This document shows, one piece after another, positions 61,393 through 64,000 of a stretch of DNA of 64,000 bases. The DNA is taken from positions 1-64,000 of the forward strand of contig JAVECO010000120.1 in assembly GCA_051942205.1 (NCBI GenBank), read 5' to 3'. The translations under genes were made by a program, and so were the position numbers. How positions within the stretch are numbered: the stretch's first letter is position 1; each line of letters opens with the position of its first letter. The notes beneath the pieces are model-generated. The model did not search any database, had not been told where the DNA came from, and was given only the letters and a program-made list of their open reading frames with translations. This DNA comes from Coniocarpon cinnabarinum. Taxonomy: Eukaryota.

Positions 61393-63181
61393 ATGCCAGT
61401 CTCTTTCAAAGCCGCCATCGCTGGCCTTGGCAGCACTATCCTCTCTTCCCTTGTCGGCGCCATCCCTACTACTACAGCTGCTCACGAGGTTGACAGCACA
61501 ATAGCAACTGCGCCACCTTCGATCACAGCAAGACAGGAAGGACTATTTGATGGAGCCCTTGGAGCTGCAGATAGCATCGTCGAAGGTCTTGCAGGCGACG
61601 TGTCTGAGCTCGGCCAAGTCGCCTCCGCTTATGCAGCCGTCATCACGGCTCAGACCGCTACAGCCGTTGCGCCTTCAGAGCCATCGGAGGTTATCAGCAT
61701 CGTCTCAAACATATTACAGCCGAGTGGCATCAGCGCAGCAGTCTCAGATGCGCTTGCTTCGCTTGACGATGCGTTAGGTCCTGATGGCAAAATAGCACAA
61801 GGCAGCGGAAGTGACTCTGTATGTCCTAGTGCTCTATATCGCGTTCCAGCTTAGCGTTGCCCGGGAACATAATTTAGAAATCGGCTTTGGATGACGTGCT
61901 AACACTCAGGACTAGGATCTGCCTGCGGTGCCCAGCGGTGCAGACAACAGCCCACTCAATTCACCAGGCGGTACGAGTGTACTCGACGTGGCTTTCCAGT
62001 TCATCACAGATGGAATTGATCTTGGCTCAAAAGCCAACATTTTCGTCGAGGGCCAACTCGCTGGGACCGTCAATTCCTTTGTTAACAACAACGCGAAGGA
62101 GCCAGCTACCCCTGTATATGCATCTAAAGACGCTAGCGACCCAGCTTACGACGTCCCTGAGTCGCAGCTCCGCAACGCTATCCACAACCCGAGCGACTTC
62201 ACATACGGGCAAAAGCCTCCAGTCATTTTGGTTCCGGGGACAGGTACGTGCTGTGCCGACGTCCAGCTTGGAGGTCCCTCTGGCGGATATTTCTGACACA
62301 GCCTTGTCGCAGGTACCACGGGTGGCGACAATTTTGCGGGCAACATGATCCCCTTACTCACGGATGTCGACTATGCAGACATAGTCTGGCTTAACATCCC
62401 CGGCTTCATGCTCGGCGACATTCAGAACAACGCCGAGTATATCGCCTACGCGATCAATTACATCAGCAGTGTTTCCAACAACGCCAACGTGAGCTTGATC
62501 ACCTGGTCACAAGGCGGTCTAGCTTCACAGCGGGCTCTGAAATATTGGTAAGCTCCCTGCTCAACAACCACTGAAATCCTTTGAAGTTTTCCGCTCACAA
62601 ATTTAAGGCCATCCACCCGCAAGGTCGTCTCTAATCTCATCGCCACATCACCCGACTACCACGGAACAGTCCAAGCCTACTTCCTAAACCCCGCCTTTCC
62701 GCGCCTCCCCAACGACCCTTCCATTTTGCAACAAACCGCCAACTCTAATTTCATCGCCACGCTCCTTGCTTCCGGCGGGGACAGCGCTTATGTCCCAACC
62801 ACAAACATCTACTCCTCCTTCTTCGATGAGATCGTCCAGCCGCAAACAGGCACACAAGCATCGGCGTTCTTGCAAGGCGCCAGTAACAACGAATTGCAGA
62901 CGCTATGCCCTGGATTGCCTGCTGGCAGCTTCTATACGCACGAGGGTGTGCTTTATAATCCTGTCACTTTCGGACTTGTGAAAGATGCGTTGGTGAATGG
63001 CGGACCGGCGCAGGCGGGACGGATTGGGTTGGACGCGCTTTGTCCGCTTTTTGTAACGCAAGGATTGGATGTGGAGGATGTGCTTAGCACAGAGGCGACG
63101 ATTCCGCAGGCGGGGGTTAATTTGTTGTTATTTGAGCCGAAGATGCTGCAAGAGCCTGCGATCAAGAATTATGCGGCGTGA
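61393..63181 (+). CDS. Secreted lipase B (CalB-like) with long N-terminal extension (exons 61393-61818, 61916-62243, 62313-62547, 62608-63181)
   Basis: Signal peptide, PVILVPGTG, WLNIPGFMLGDIQNNAEYIAYAI, TWSQG nucleophile, WPSTR, SPDYHGT, FDEIVQPQ, THEGVL. Confidence 0.92.
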
Positions 63182-64000
63182 GAGATGTTACAGTACTGAT
63201 TGTGCCCGCTTAGGTGCAGACAACATAATGGTAATGCATGAAAGAGCAGGTTCACCCACGCAAAGGCTATTCAAGCTTCTAGTCACAAGTGTGATAGCAG
63301 ACCATCACTGAGACACGTTCTACGTATGCAAGCTACAAAGGATTGGATGCAAATGACAAGACGAGTCAAAGCTTGTTAGACGACGGCGAAGACTAGCTAC
63401 ATACCAACATTGCAAAAGCGATCCCAAAACAAAACCTACGACAACGCGTTCGCAACAAAGGATACTCCAATTCGAGGACGTTATTACAAACAGCGCCGCC
63501 CCTTTATCGTCCCTGTAAAATAACCTATTCAGTCTTGAGCCAATCATGTGAAGAAACCACTCAGAAAGACTCATCCCGTAGTAGCTTCAGCCACGTACAC
63601 ACAGTGAGTCATCCGGCCAAGGATAAGACTTTGCTTGAAGCCCATGCTGTTTCATCAGCTGACCAGTGCTCTTAGTGTGTCTTGCAACGCACTGACAGAG
63701 TGAGCGCTGTTCAGAATCCCTTAAGAGCTCCTGGATGCAATAGCGCTGTCGTGTTGAGTTCTACCAATGCCGTTCGCTTCATCAACAAGGGTGTCCATAT
63801 TTCCAGCGCCCGTGAGCTCGACACCGACGTGATTGTGCTTCATCGCTTGATCCGAGGGTTCTTTGCCGGCTGAGTTTCCCCAAGTTTCGTCGGAGTGGCT
63901 GGAGCGCTTCTTCCAAAACGAGGCAACGCTGCTGCTTAAAAATTTGTGAAGCCGCGACAGAATGATTCGCAGAGATGGTAGGCACGCAGCTACTAGGTAC

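Noticed and set aside
30248..62607. Apparent excess of AAG splice acceptors (about 5 of ~45 modelled introns)
   Set aside because: Small sample and unverified models; not clearly outside the fungal range.

Overview
Eukaryotic DNA from a filamentous ascomycete (Pezizomycotina), judged by short GT-AG introns with CTRAC/CTAAT branch points and by gene content. No prokaryotic features, CRISPR arrays, rRNA or tRNA were seen. Conserved core genes: areA/nit-2, a Hsk3-like DASH subunit, SMC5, signal peptide peptidase, an Acr-2-like Zn2Cys6 factor, WASP/Las17, IPI1, XPF/Rad1 and MCM1. Two accessory blocks interrupt them. (1) About 10.8-30 kb holds a divergent CE5 acetylxylan esterase/GH11 xylanase pair, a secreted double-CFEM protein, a GT25, an apparently inactivated MFS transporter and a gene-poor stretch with a hAT-type MITE. 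(2) About 51.6-58.8 kb, directly behind MCM1, is a tandem array of five co-oriented paralogous genes that I cannot assign to a known family. They share a C-x2-C-x18-22-C-x2-[C/H]-R module followed by a Trp-containing helical region (seven copies in total). Some share intron positions and promoter blocks, and one member is fused to a Zn2Cys6 cluster. This array is the best candidate for an undescribed system. All exon models were assembled by eye and are not confirmed by transcript data.
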